From positions 1-59,579 of the forward strand of contig CAWDKY010000013.1 in the NCBI GenBank assembly GCA_963802945.1: a stretch of DNA of 59,579 nt, written 5' to 3'. A program made the position numbers and the translations under genes. Under the pieces are notes generated by a model, which was not told the origin of the DNA, did not search any database, and saw only the letters and a program-made list of their open reading frames with translations. The stretch comes from an uncultured delta proteobacterium (GTDB lineage Bacteria > Desulfobacterota > RBG-13-43-22). This document shows positions 1-10,175 of this stretch, piece after piece (positions within the stretch are counted from its first letter, which is position 1; each line of letters opens with the position of its first letter).

Positions 1-15
1 AGGATTGTGGTACAC

Positions 16-44
16 TTGACTTTAAGGGAAAGAGTAAGTATATT
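16..44 (+). promoter_or_regulatory. sigma70-like promoter upstream of tRNA-Leu/tig
   Basis: TTGACT (16-21), 17-bp spacer, TATATT (39-44). Confidence 0.55.
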
Positions 45-81
45 TAAGACTTGAAAATCCTCCTCACGCCTAAGAGAAAGG

Positions 82-168
82 GCGAGAGTGGCGGAATTGG
101 TAGACGCACTGGACTTAGGATCCAGCCCTGGAAACAGGGTGGGGGTTCAAATCCCCCCTCTCGCACCA
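82..168 (+). tRNA. tRNA-Leu (anticodon TAG)
   Basis: Acceptor stem GCGAGAG/CTCTCGC plus ACCA; anticodon arm CTGGA-CTTAGGA-TCCAG; long variable arm CCCTG-GAAA-CAGGG; T loop GGTTCAAATC; usual position upstream of tig. Confidence 0.97.
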
Positions 169-197
169 ATAAAAAAACCGGTAAGGAATAAAAAACC

Positions 198-1482
198 ATG
201 AAGGTACAGTTGGAAGATATATCCCCGATCAAGAAAAAGCTCAATATTGAAGTGGAACAGGAACAGATCAGGAACACATGGGAATCGGTAGTAAAAAATA
301 TTAGCAAAAAAGCAAAACTTAAAGGATTCAGGCCGGGGAAGATCCCGGTTACCGTCCTGGTCAAATATTACGGGCCGCAGATAGAAGAAGAAACGGTTTC
401 ACAAATCATCAATCGCACCTATCCGGAAGCCCTGAAAGGAAACGGGGCTCGTTCCGATCGCCTTGCCGGAATTGGATTATCCGCCTCTGGATAAAGAAGC
501 CACTTTTTCCTATAAGGCACCATTGAACTCAAACCGGAAATACCCATTTCCGAATATAAAGGTTTGGAAGTTAAAACGGCAGGCGGCCAAGATAACCGAA
601 GAAGATATTGAAAAAAGGCTTACTGCCATCCAGACCAGTCATGGTGAGCTGGTTACGCTTGGCGAGAAACGTCCCCTTAAAAAAGGGGATTTTGCGGTTA
701 TTGACTATAAGTCCTTCATGGATGGCAAGGAAGTGTCGGGCGGCTCGGCCCAGAACTTCGATCTGGAAGTGGGTGCCGGGTATTTCAATGCCGAATTTGA
801 AAAAGAGTTGGAAGGGATAACAAAAGGGGAAGAAAAAGAGTTTGAGATTGATTTTCCGGCGGACTATGGAAATAAATCCCTGGCCGGTAAAAAGGTCCTT
901 TATCAGGTTATTCTCAAGGAGATCAAGAAAAGAAATCTTCCAGAACTGAACGATTCATTTGCCCAAAGCCTGGGGGGCAATTTTTCTTCCCTGGAAGATT
1001 TAAGAAAGAAGATCCGGGAAAATTTGGAACAGGAGGAAAATCGCAAGGCGGAATTGAAATTAAAAGAAGATTTGACCGATGGTCTGATTTCCAAAGCTGA
1101 ATTTGAGATCCCCGAGGCCTTGGTCAATTGGGAGATCCGGCAGATGATGATGCGCATAGAACAAGACCTGAGCCGTCAGGGACTTTCCTGGGAAAAGGCC
1201 GGTCTTGAGCCTGCTGGCCTCATGGAAAAATTTCGACCTCCGGCCCAGAAATTGGCCCGAAAAAAATTGATCTTGGAGAAAATTGCCCAATTGGAATCTT
1301 TAACCGTCAGCCCGGAAGAAATCGATGAAGAGCTTCAGCGTATTGCCAAGTCGGTTAATCAGTCGACAGAAATAGTTCGAGAAATATATAATAAAAATAA
1401 GTTAATTCCAGAATTGAGCCAGCAGCTTCTAGAGGAAAAGACCTTGAATTTCCTTCAGGAGCATGCTACGATACAAACATAA
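198..1482 (+). CDS. tig: Trigger factor (three apparent single-base indels near 437, 518 and 574, probably sequencing errors)
   Basis: GFRPGKIP ribosome-binding motif; FKBP domain (DFAVIDY, EFEKEL, FPADY); the TIELKPEIPISEYKGLEV segment lies in another frame between two indels; precedes clpP-clpX-lon. Confidence 0.93.
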
Positions 1483-1563
1483 TAAAAACTTAAACTTATT
1501 TTATGTTCAAGCATACAGAGAAAAAAGGATCTGATAATATTATTTGATTTTCATTTATTGTTA

Positions 1564-1595
1564 TTCTGGATTCTGACTCCTGAATTCTGTATTCT
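1564..1595 (+). repeat. Degenerate heptamer tandem array (TTCTGGA-like)
   Basis: TTCTGGA TTCTGAC TCCTGAA TTCTGTA TTCT; similar units near 3606-3630. Confidence 0.6.
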
Positions 1596-1612
1596 ATAAA
1601 AAGGATTTAACA

Positions 1613-2218
1613 ATGACTTTAATACCTATGGTTGTAGAACAAGATAACCGGGGCGAACGGGCTTTTGATATCTATTCCCGCCTGTTGAAAGACCGGATCG
1701 TCTTTTTAGGGGCGCCCATTGACGACCATGTGGCCAACCTGATGATCGCCCAACTCCTTTTTCTTGAGGGCGATGATCCGGATAAAGATATCCATATGTA
1801 CATTAATTCCCCGGGCGGTGTTGTTTCTTCCGGACTGGCCATCTATGACACCATGCAATACATAAAACCCAACATTTCCACCCTCTGTCTGGGACAGGCT
1901 TCCAGTATGGCCGCTTTATTGTTGGCTGCGGGGACCAAAGGGATGCGTTATGCCTTGCCCCACTCCAGAATTCTCATCCATCAGCCTTTAGGCGGGGTCC
2001 AAGGTCAGGCTACGGATGTGGGTATCCAGGCCAGGGAAATCTTGAGGATCCGGGAAGAATTGAACCAGGTTTTGGTGGAACATACCGGACAGTCCTATGA
2101 CAAAATTGAGAAAGACACCGACCGGGATTTTTATATGACCGGTGAACAGGCAAAAGAATATGGCATTGTCGACAGTGTCATTTCCAAAAGGGAAGAAATT
2201 ACCGGGTTAATGAAATAA
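1613..2218 (+). CDS. clpP: ATP-dependent Clp protease proteolytic subunit
   Basis: [30 protein letters not shown] (catalytic Ser), IHQP. Confidence 0.98.
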   Translation: MTLIPMVVEQDNRGERAFDIYSRLLKDRIVFLGAPIDDHVANLMIAQLLFLEGDDPDKDIHMYINSPGGVVSSGLAIYDTMQYIKPNISTLCLGQASSMAALLLAAGTKGMRYALPHSRILIHQPLGGVQGQATDVGIQAREILRIREELNQVLVEHTGQSYDKIEKDTDRDFYMTGEQAKEYGIVDSVISKREEITGLMK

Positions 2219-2291
2219 TCACTATTAACAATCCGTGCTATCGGTCTGTTGAATATTGAAAACCGACACCCTTAACAGAAGGAAATAATTG

Positions 2292-3551
2292 ATGAACAAA
2301 AGAGGAGACGGCAAAGGAAAAGGAAGCGACTTGTTGTGTTCCTTTTGTGGAAAAAGTCAGGATGAAGTCAAAAAACTTATAGCCGGGCCATCGGTTTATA
2401 TCTGTGACGAATGCATCGGCCTGTGCAATGAGATCATTGCCGAAGAATATGAAAAAGAGGAGGCCCATCTTGGTGAGAAGATACCCAAGCCGGCGGATAT
2501 TAAAGGGATTTTAGATGGGTATGTGATCGAACAGGAAAAGGCTAAAAAAATACTTTCCGTGGCCGTTCATAACCACTTCAGACGGATCGATAACAAGATC
2601 GATCTGGAAGGGGTCGAGCTGCAGAAAAGCAACATCTTGTTGATCGGACCTACCGGGTCGGGCAAAACCCTGCTGGCCCAAACCTTGGCTAAAATTTTGA
2701 AAGTCCCTTTTACCATAGCCGACGCCACGACTTTGACCGAAGCCGGGTATGTGGGAGAGGATGTGGAAAACATCATCCTCAATCTGCTGCAGGCGGCAGA
2801 TTACGATGTAGAGCGGGCCTGCCGGGGAATCGTCTATATTGATGAAATCGATAAGATTGCCCGAAAGTCGGAAAACCCCTCCATCACCCGTGACGTCTCC
2901 GGCGAAGGGGTACAACAAGCCTTGTTGAAAATCATTGAAGGGACCCTGGCCAGCGTCCCCCCTAAAGGAGGCCGGAAGCATCCTCAACAGGAATTCGTCA
3001 AGGTGGACACTACGAACATCCTTTTTATCTGCGGCGGGGCCTTTAATGGATTGGATAAAATCATTCAGACCAGAAAAGGGGCCAAGGTCATGGGATTCGG
3101 GGCCGATATCCGCAAGCAATCGGAAAAGAAACGGCTGGGCGAGATATTGGATCAGGTCCAGCCTCAGGATCTTTTGCGTTTCGGGCTGATTCCGGAATTG
3201 ATAGGTCGTTTGCCGGTCATTGCCACCTTGGACGAATTAAGCGAAGAGGCCATGGTGCGCATCCTGACCGAGCCCAAAAATGCCATCGTCAGGCAATATC
3301 AGAAATTGTTTGAGATGCAACGGGTTGATTTGAAATTCACCGATGGAGCCATCAAGGCCGTGGCCCGTGAAGCCCTGAAAAGGAAATCCGGGGCTCGGGG
3401 GCTTCGTTCCATCCTGGAAAAGGCCATGCTGGACATCATGTTTGAAATCCCTTCCATGAAAAACGTCCAGGAATGCGTGGTCAGTGAAGAGGTTATTCTT
3501 CATAACGAATCCCCCATCCTTTTGTTTGAAAATCAGGCGAAATCGGCCTAA
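2292..3551 (+). CDS. clpX: ATP-dependent Clp protease ATP-binding subunit
   Basis: CSFCGK..CDEC zinc domain, GPTGSGKT Walker A, YIDEIDKI Walker B, RKHP and MGF loops. Confidence 0.98.
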   Translation: MNKRGDGKGKGSDLLCSFCGKSQDEVKKLIAGPSVYICDECIGLCNEIIAEEYEKEEAHLGEKIPKPADIKGILDGYVIEQEKAKKILSVAVHNHFRRIDNKIDLEGVELQKSNILLIGPTGSGKTLLAQTLAKILKVPFTIADATTLTEAGYVGEDVENIILNLLQAADYDVERACRGIVYIDEIDKIARKSENPSITRDVSGEGVQQALLKIIEGTLASVPPKGGRKHPQQEFVKVDTTNILFICGGAFNGLDKIIQTRKGAKVMGFGADIRKQSEKKRLGEILDQVQPQDLLRFGLIPELIGRLPVIATLDELSEEAMVRILTEPKNAIVRQYQKLFEMQRVDLKFTDGAIKAVAREALKRKSGARGLRSILEKAMLDIMFEIPSMKNVQECVVSEEVILHNESPILLFENQAKSA

Positions 3552-3768
3552 TAAAATTTAAAGGAAAAAAAATTAGATTATTGAATTCAAGGTTGTTTAT
3601 TTAAGATTCTGGATCTTGAATTCTGGATTTTTAATTATTATTTTTATATTAAAGAATCACCGAACAAAACCGAAAATAGACTTATTGGGAAGATTTCTGC
3701 GGTCCGTCATGAGCGGACTGAGGAAAAAGAAACCTATAAGCTATTATTAAGTAAAGGAATAAATTGCT

Positions 3769-6216
3769 ATGGCCTTATTTTCAAACACCGAAGAAAGTCG
3801 AGAAGGGGGGGGCTTAAAACAGGTAATCCCCGTCCTCCCATTAAGAGATATTGTTGTTTTTCCAGGTATGGTAGCTCCCTTATTTGTAGGTCGGGAAAAA
3901 TCTATTCAAGCTCTCGAATACAGTATGTCTATGGAAAAGGATATCCTTTTATTAACCCAACGCAATGCCAAGGTAGATGAACCCTCGGAGGAGGATCTCT
4001 ATCAAATTGGAACCGCAGGCAGCATTCTGCAAATGCTCCGTCTACCTGACGGGACTGTGAAGGTTCTGATCGAAGGCCGGTTTCGGGCCAAGGTGCAACG
4101 GTATCTCCCCAATCGAGCTTTTTATCTCGTTGAGGTAGAAAAGCTCCAGGACACCATACCAAACCAATCTGAGCAGGAAGCCTTGGTTCGTACAGTCAAA
4201 CAAACCTTTGAGGCCTATCAGAAATTAAACAAGAAGATTCCCCAGGAATTGGTCCACAGCGTCATTGGACTGGAAGACCCAATCCGTTTGGTAGATTCCA
4301 TTGCCCCTCATTTGAGCGCCAAGCTCGAACAGAAGCAAGAACTCTTGGAGTTGACCCAGGTGAGTCGAAAGCTGGAGAAACTCTATGAAATTATGCGCGG
4401 TGAGATGGAAATCCTGGAAATCGAACAGCGCATCAAGGGCCGGGTCAAAAAGCAGATGGAAAAGACTCAGAAGGATTATTACCTCAATGAGCAGATCCGG
4501 GCCATCCAGAAAGAAATGGGCGAGCAGGATGATTTCAAAAGTGAGATCCAGGAATTAGAAAAAAAGATCAAACAAAAAAGGATGTCCAAAGAAGCCACCA
4601 CCAAGATTCGAGCGGAACTGAAGAAACTGAAGATGATGTCTCCTATGTCCGCCGAAGCCACGGTGGTACGAAATTATATCGACTGGATTATCGGCCTGCC
4701 CTGGTATAATCGGACCAAAGATAAACTGGATATTGATGCTGCAGAAAAAATTCTCAACGAAGATCATTACGGTTTGGAAAAACCCAAGGAGCGGATTCTG
4801 GAATATCTGGCCGTTCAAAGTCTGGTTAAAAAAATAAAAGGGCCGATCCTTTGTTTTGTAGGTCCTCCGGGTGTGGGGAAAACTTCGGTGGCCAAATCCA
4901 TTGCCCGGGCCACAGGGAGAAACTTTATTCGGGTCTCCCTGGGCGGGGTCAGAGATGAGGCCGAAATCCGAGGACATCGCCGAACCTATATTGGGGCCTT
5001 GCCAGGGAAAATCATCCAATGCTTGAAAAAAGTCAAATCCAATAACCCGGTCTTCTGCCTGGATGAAGTGGACAAGATGAGTACGGATTTCCGAGGAGAC
5101 CCTTCGGCCGCCTTGCTTGAGGTCCTCGATCCGGAACAGAACTTTGCCTTTAGCGATCACTACCTGGATATGGATTACGACCTGTCTGAGGTCTTTTTTA
5201 TCACGACGGCCAATACCCTCTATTCAATCCCCTTACCTTTGCAGGATCGAATGGAAATTATCAGACTTCCGGGATATACGGAGCCTGAAAAACTCCAGAT
5301 CGCCCGTCAGTTTTTGATCAAAAAGCAGGAGGAAGCCAACGGCTTGACCTCCGAAAATATTCATTTCACCGACAACGCCTTGTTGACCGTGATCCGCCAA
5401 TATACCCGCGAATCCGGGGTCCGTAATCTGGAGCGGGAAATCGCCAACTTGTGCCGTAAAGTGGCTAAAGAAGTCGTTCGCCTGGGCAAGGAAACCAAAA
5501 TTGAGATTACCTCCAAGGCGGTCCAGAAATATTTGGGGGTTCCTAAATTCCGCTATAGTGAGACCGAAGAAAAAGATGAGGTGGGAATTACAACCGGCTT
5601 GGCCTGGACGGAAGTGGGCGGTGAACTGCTTCTGACGGAAGTGGTTCTGATGCCCGGGAAAGGCAAATTGATCATTACCGGGAAATTGGGCGAGGTCATG
5701 CAGGAATCTGCCCAGGCTGCTTTAAGTTACGTCCGCTCCCGAGCGGAACGATTGAACCTGCCGAGAAACTTTTACAATAAAATGGATATTCATATCCATA
5801 TCCCGGAGGGGGCCATTCCCAAAGATGGTCCCTCGGCCGGTATTACGATTGCGACTTCCATTGTCTCCGCATTGCTCCGAAAACCGGTCAAGAGGAAAAC
5901 AGCCATGACCGGAGAGATCACCTTGCGCGGCCGGGTCTTGCCTATTGGCGGGCTGAAAGAGAAAATTATTGCCGCCCATCGAGGCAAAGTCAAGACAGTG
6001 ATCATTCCTAAAGAAAATGAAAAAGATCTGAAAGAAATTCCCCCCCGGATTTTAAAGGCCCTGGAAATAATTCCTGTGGAACACATGGATGAAGTCTTGA
6101 GAGCGGCCTTGGTGGTAGAAGATCCGGCGCTCTTATTTAAAGAAAAGGAAGAAGAGGCGACCCTGCCTTTCTTTCATGAAGAAGTTCCGGTCTCTCCGGA
6201 AATGACCGCCCATTGA
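3769..6216 (+). CDS. lon: Lon protease
   Basis: PVLPLRD N-domain, [26 protein letters not shown] (catalytic Ser), PIGGLKEK. Confidence 0.98.
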   Translation: MALFSNTEESREGGGLKQVIPVLPLRDIVVFPGMVAPLFVGREKSIQALEYSMSMEKDILLLTQRNAKVDEPSEEDLYQIGTAGSILQMLRLPDGTVKVLIEGRFRAKVQRYLPNRAFYLVEVEKLQDTIPNQSEQEALVRTVKQTFEAYQKLNKKIPQELVHSVIGLEDPIRLVDSIAPHLSAKLEQKQELLELTQVSRKLEKLYEIMRGEMEILEIEQRIKGRVKKQMEKTQKDYYLNEQIRAIQKEMGEQDDFKSEIQELEKKIKQKRMSKEATTKIRAELKKLKMMSPMSAEATVVRNYIDWIIGLPWYNRTKDKLDIDAAEKILNEDHYGLEKPKERILEYLAVQSLVKKIKGPILCFVGPPGVGKTSVAKSIARATGRNFIRVSLGGVRDEAEIRGHRRTYIGALPGKIIQCLKKVKSNNPVFCLDEVDKMSTDFRGDPSAALLEVLDPEQNFAFSDHYLDMDYDLSEVFFITTANTLYSIPLPLQDRMEIIRLPGYTEPEKLQIARQFLIKKQEEANGLTSENIHFTDNALLTVIRQYTRESGVRNLEREIANLCRKVAKEVVRLGKETKIEITSKAVQKYLGVPKFRYSETEEKDEVGITTGLAWTEVGGELLLTEVVLMPGKGKLIITGKLGEVMQESAQAALSYVRSRAERLNLPRNFYNKMDIHIHIPEGAIPKDGPSAGITIATSIVSALLRKPVKRKTAMTGEITLRGRVLPIGGLKEKIIAAHRGKVKTVIIPKENEKDLKEIPPRILKALEIIPVEHMDEVLRAALVVEDPALLFKEKEEEATLPFFHEEVPVSPEMTAH

Positions 6217-6252
6217 ATCCAAACTTCTTGACACGTCCCAGTTAAAAACGGT

Positions 6253-6284
6253 ACGGTTATACCCCGGGAAAGGGGTATAACCGT
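6253..6284 (+). terminator. 13-bp perfect hairpin between lon and the TVP38 gene (terminator and/or RBS-sequestering stem)
   Basis: ACGGTTATACCCC-GGGAAA-GGGGTATAACCGT, ending 2 nt before the ATG at 6287. Confidence 0.5.
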
Positions 6285-6286
6285 TT

Positions 6287-6991
6287 ATGAAAAAAACAAT
6301 TGGGGTCAGTGCCCTCCTTTTAGCTTTTTTCTGTCTAACCCTTTACCTGCTGATCTACCACAGCGACATCTATTTGGCTTTTTTCGACCGGAAAAGGTTG
6401 GCCGATTATATTAATTCCTTCGGCCGACTGTCGCCCCTCATTTTTATCGCCCTTCAGGTTTTTCAAGTCCTCTTTGCCCCCATCCCCGGCGAAGTCACCG
6501 GATTTTTAGGTGGATTTCTTTATGGAAATTTTTTCGGCATTCTCTATTCCACTATCGGTTTAGGGGTGGGGTCTTGGCTGGCCTTCGTTTTTGCACGGTG
6601 GGCCGGACAACCCCTGGTGGAACTGGTCGTCAGCTATAAAACCCTCCAACGCTACGACTATCTCATGGCCCACCAAGGAACCTGGATCGCCTTCCTACTC
6701 TTTCTGATTCCCGGTTTTCCCAAAGATTATTTGTGCTATATTTTGGGGTTGAGTCATATGGACCTGAAGACCTTTCTAATCATATCCACCATTGGACGTT
6801 TTTGGGGAACAGTCCTTCTGACCATGCAGGGGCATTTGGTCCGGGAAAAAAATTATCTGGTCCTGGGGATCGTCATTGGACTTTCCCTTATTGCAGTCTT
6901 GATCGCTTTCTTGTTTCGCAATAAAATAGAGGCCTATTTAAAAATGCATCACAAGGCAGATACTTTTTCGAAGATCCAAAGAACAAAATAA
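6287..6991 (+). CDS. TVP38/TMEM64 (DedA, SNARE-associated) family membrane protein
   Basis: Hydrophobic 234 aa; FAPIPGEV..GGFLYG, FLIPGFPKDYLCYILGLS, TIGR motifs. Confidence 0.85.
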   Translation: MKKTIGVSALLLAFFCLTLYLLIYHSDIYLAFFDRKRLADYINSFGRLSPLIFIALQVFQVLFAPIPGEVTGFLGGFLYGNFFGILYSTIGLGVGSWLAFVFARWAGQPLVELVVSYKTLQRYDYLMAHQGTWIAFLLFLIPGFPKDYLCYILGLSHMDLKTFLIISTIGRFWGTVLLTMQGHLVREKNYLVLGIVIGLSLIAVLIAFLFRNKIEAYLKMHHKADTFSKIQRTK

Positions 6992-7013
6992 AATTTTCTT
7001 AATGATGGCTCCT

Positions 7014-7739
7014 TCAGGCCCGCCGAAGATTTCTTTCCTCAACTTTGGTTAAGAAGAGCAATGTCCTTTTCTGTTCTAAAAAAGGCAGGGTCAAAACAAT
7101 CGGTGCTTCTAATCGAAAACCCTTTTCCTTGATTTCAGCCGTTAGAGCGGAAATTTCTTCAACCCCCTGCCTGCCCTTCATCAAGACTAACTGCCCCCTG
7201 TCCGGTAAATAGGGAGAGACCCCGAATAAAAGGTCTGTTATTTTTCCTACAGCCCGGGAAATGATGATCTCGAATGGATCGGCTTTAAACCCATCAGGAG
7301 ATCCTTTTCCTAAAAAGGCCTGATGGATGGAGATAAAATGCAGGTTCAAATGACGGGCAACTTCTTTGAGAAAACTGATTTTTTTAGCCGAGGCGTCTAT
7401 CAAGGTGACCTGTTGGGTTGGCCGAGCGATCTTGATCGGCAGTCCAGGAAATCCGGCCCCTGAACCCAAGTCCAATATTCTCGCTTCTTTCGGCAGATAA
7501 GGTAAAGGGGTTAGAGAATCCAGAAAATGCTTGATAATGATCTCCCGCCAGGAGCGAAGGCCGGTCAAGTTGATATGCCGGTTCCATTTCAATAAAAGCG
7601 CCAAATAATCCATAAATTGTCCTATCTGGCGCTCGGACAAGGAAGTCCCCAACACTTCTGCCCCTTGTTCGAGCATACGTTTGGCTTCCTCTGGACTGAT
7701 GTCTTGTTGAATTGTGGGTTTTTCCAATTTTCGAATCAT
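7014..7739 (-). CDS. rsmG: 16S rRNA m7G527 methyltransferase RsmG (GidB); start uncertain
   Basis: LLKWNRHINLT, HFLDSL, LDLGSGAGFPGLP, SRAV, LMKG. Confidence 0.95.
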   Translation of the reverse strand: MIRKLEKPTIQQDISPEEAKRMLEQGAEVLGTSLSERQIGQFMDYLALLLKWNRHINLTGLRSWREIIIKHFLDSLTPLPYLPKEARILDLGSGAGFPGLPIKIARPTQQVTLIDASAKKISFLKEVARHLNLHFISIHQAFLGKGSPDGFKADPFEIIISRAVGKITDLLFGVSPYLPDRGQLVLMKGRQGVEEISALTAEIKEKGFRLEAPIVLTLPFLEQKRTLLFLTKVEERNLRRA

Positions 7740-7800
7740 TACTTGCAGCAACAGAGTTTGAGGAATCAAGGATTCAATGGAAAGGCATGGAAGTTAAAAC

Positions 7801-7836
7801 CCTTGAACCCTCGAATCCTTGACTCCTTGAACCCTT
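7801..7836 (+). repeat. Octamer tandem array (CCTTGAAC-like) with partial inverted copies near 7760-7776
   Basis: CCTTGAAC CCTCGAAT CCTTGACT CCTTGAAC CCTT; AAGGATTC upstream is complementary to GAATCCTT. Confidence 0.6.
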
Positions 7837-7843
7837 CCCTTAA

Positions 7844-9226
7844 TCATTTCCCAATACAAAACCGGCTGAAAACCCGATCCAAGACATCTTCGCTGGTGGT
7901 CGTTCCGATCAAAGAGCCTAAGTCTTCCAGGGCTTTTTGAAGATCCAGGGCAATAAATTCGGGAGACAGGTTTTCTCCCATCAATTGATAAGCCCGGCTT
8001 AAGGATACGATCATCTGCTCGAAAATCTGCTTCTGCCGTAGAGTAGGAATGAGATCAGGCAAGGCCTCAGGGAAATGAGTTTGAAGAAAAAGTTCATGGA
8101 GTTTCTCTTTGAGCGTTTCAATCCCCTTACCATAGCGGGCAGAGATGGGAAGCGTCGCTGCTCCGGGAAAATTTTTTTGGGTCTCCTCCAGGGAGACTAT
8201 TGATGGAAGGTCCATTTTATTGAGCAGGACGATCACAGGCTTCTCCCCGATTTCTTGAAAGATGGCCCGGTCTTCTTCTTCGAGGACCTTGGAGGTGTCG
8301 ATCAAGAACAAAACAAGGTGGGCATCGTTGACTTTTTCCCGGGTTCTCAAAATGCCCGCTTCTTCCACCTCATCACGGGCTCGGCGAATTCCGGCGGTAT
8401 CCACCAGGCGGAAAGGCAGGCCCTTGAGCAAGATAGTTTCCTCGATGGTATCCCGGGTCGTCCCCGGAATGGAGGTGACGATGGCCCGTTCTTCTTTCAA
8501 AAGTTTATTCAATAAGCTGGATTTCCCGACATTCGGCTTGCCGACGATGACCAAAGAAAGGCCTTCTCGGAAAGGGCGTCCTTCTTCGTAGGCCTGGATC
8601 AGCTCTGATAAAGGCGATAAAACACGGGCTTGAAGAAGACGATTCCAATCACGGCGGTCCAAGATCTCCACTTCCTCTTCAGGAAAATCAATGGCCGCCT
8701 CCAGTTGGGCCAATAAGCCCAGAAGTTCCTCTTGAATGCCCTTTAAAAGTTTTTGTAAATCACCTTGGAGCAATTTATTGGCCTTCTCCAGGGCCTGGTC
8801 GGTCTGGGCTTGAATCAGTTCAATAACCCCTTCGGCCTGGGTTAGATCAATTCGCCCATTTAAAAAGGCCCTCAAGGTGAACTCTCCTGGTTCGGCCAGA
8901 CGGGCACCTTCTTTCAAGACCAGTTCCAGAATTTTTTTTAATACCAGAGGTCCGCTGTGGCAGTTGATTTCAATCACATCCTCCCGTGTATAGGTTCTTG
9001 GGGCTTTCATGTAAGTCAGCAAGACCTGATCCACAATGATCCCACGGGTCGGATCGACGATGTTTCCCAGGGTGAGATGATGAGATGGGAGGGCATCCAT
9101 GGAAGAAGCGGCGGGGAAGAGTGTTTGGGCAATGGCCATTGCCCGCGATCCACTGATCCGGATAATTCCTATACCCCCTATTCCTATCGGTGTGGATATA
9201 GCGGCAATGGTATCTTGATCAGACAT
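7844..9226 (-). CDS. mnmE: tRNA modification GTPase MnmE (TrmE)
   Basis: DTIAAISTP, GKPNVGKSSL, PGTTRD, DTAGIR, NKMD, C-terminal FCIGK. Confidence 0.98.
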   Translation of the reverse strand: MSDQDTIAAISTPIGIGGIGIIRISGSRAMAIAQTLFPAASSMDALPSHHLTLGNIVDPTRGIIVDQVLLTYMKAPRTYTREDVIEINCHSGPLVLKKILELVLKEGARLAEPGEFTLRAFLNGRIDLTQAEGVIELIQAQTDQALEKANKLLQGDLQKLLKGIQEELLGLLAQLEAAIDFPEEEVEILDRRDWNRLLQARVLSPLSELIQAYEEGRPFREGLSLVIVGKPNVGKSSLLNKLLKEERAIVTSIPGTTRDTIEETILLKGLPFRLVDTAGIRRARDEVEEAGILRTREKVNDAHLVLFLIDTSKVLEEEDRAIFQEIGEKPVIVLLNKMDLPSIVSLEETQKNFPGAATLPISARYGKGIETLKEKLHELFLQTHFPEALPDLIPTLRQKQIFEQMIVSLSRAYQLMGENLSPEFIALDLQKALEDLGSLIGTTTSEDVLDRVFSRFCIGK

Positions 9227-9238
9227 GGGTGAAAAAAA

Positions 9239-9412
9239 GGGTCAAGGTATAAGGTAACCGGTACAAGGCCCAAGAACCAAGGGATAGGTTAACAGTTCAA
9301 GACATCAGGTTATGTTAAAGCCCCACTTTGAAATTGGCACTTTGAATTTTAAATTACGTACGTTGACTTTTGAATTTAAACCTTGTGCCTTGAACCTTGG
9401 ACCTTATACCTT
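9239..9412. repeat. Pair of inverted degenerate heptamer arrays between mnmE and jag
   Basis: GGGTCAA GGTATAA GGTAACC GGTACAA GGCCCAA GAACCAA (9239-9280) versus CCTTGTG CCTTGAA CCTTGGA CCTTATA (9381-9408), with a CACTTTG-type array between them. Confidence 0.65.
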
Positions 9413-10153
9413 TTTCGTTTCCGATTCGATCAGGGGTTCTTCAGGGAGATCTTTTTTTGACGCAAAAATGACCATCTTTTTTAATTGCCCTTCTCCCCGG
9501 CTGATGGTCTTAAGACTTTTATCTTTTTCCAGGGTCAAATGAATTATACGACGCTCATGGGCAGGTAAAGGGCTTATGACCACCGGTTTCCCGGTCTGTT
9601 TGGCTTTTGAGGCCATCTTCAAGGCCAAATCCTTAAGATAGCCTTCCCGTCGGCTTCGATAATCACCGCTGTCCAGAATGACTTTGGTTTTATCCGGGCC
9701 TTTTCGATTCAGGATCCTGGAGATTAAATATTGTAAAGCATCCAAGTTTTGCCCTCTTCGTCCGATCAGGAGCCCGCTTTTATCTCCTTCAATCTTGATA
9801 TGAAGAGTTTCCTTTTCTTTGGTGATCTGAAGGGTGGTCTCAACGCCCATCAGATTCAGGATGTCCTGGGTCAGGATTCCGGCTTCAGAAACTATAGATT
9901 CTTCAGATTCTAAAACCGGCGTCGAGGCGGAAAGGGATTCGGTTTCTGCCTGGGGTTCGGAAAGGGTCTCCGCTTTCTCTTCTTTGACCGTAGCCCGCAC
10001 CCTAACTTTTTTGGAGCCCATGATGCCGAAGATTCCGCCTGAACCGGAGTTCAGGACTTCAATCTCCAATCTTTCTTTGGGCACATTCAGTTGAATACAA
10101 GCCGCCTCAACAGCCTCTTCGATGGATTTTCCTTCTGTTTCAAGGGATGCCAT
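9404..10153 (-). CDS. jag: RNA-binding protein Jag/EloR (KhpB)
   Basis: Jag_N (EGKSIEEAV), KH GLLIGRRGQNLDALQYL, R3H ERRIIH; downstream of yidC. Confidence 0.93.
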   Translation of the reverse strand: MASLETEGKSIEEAVEAACIQLNVPKERLEIEVLNSGSGGIFGIMGSKKVRVRATVKEEKAETLSEPQAETESLSASTPVLESEESIVSEAGILTQDILNLMGVETTLQITKEKETLHIKIEGDKSGLLIGRRGQNLDALQYLISRILNRKGPDKTKVILDSGDYRSRREGYLKDLALKMASKAKQTGKPVVISPLPAHERRIIHLTLEKDKSLKTISRGEGQLKKMVIFASKKDLPEEPLIESETKKV

Positions 10154-10175
10154 GAGTCATCACCTCCGCTTTTGT

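Noticed and set aside
430-580. Three frameshifts in tig as programmed frameshifting or pseudogenisation
   Set aside because: All are single-base indels in short homopolymers near the window start, and the protein is otherwise intact; long-read error is the simpler explanation.
9239-9412. Short repeat arrays as CRISPR
   Set aside because: Units are 7-8 nt with no unique spacers, and no cas genes are present.
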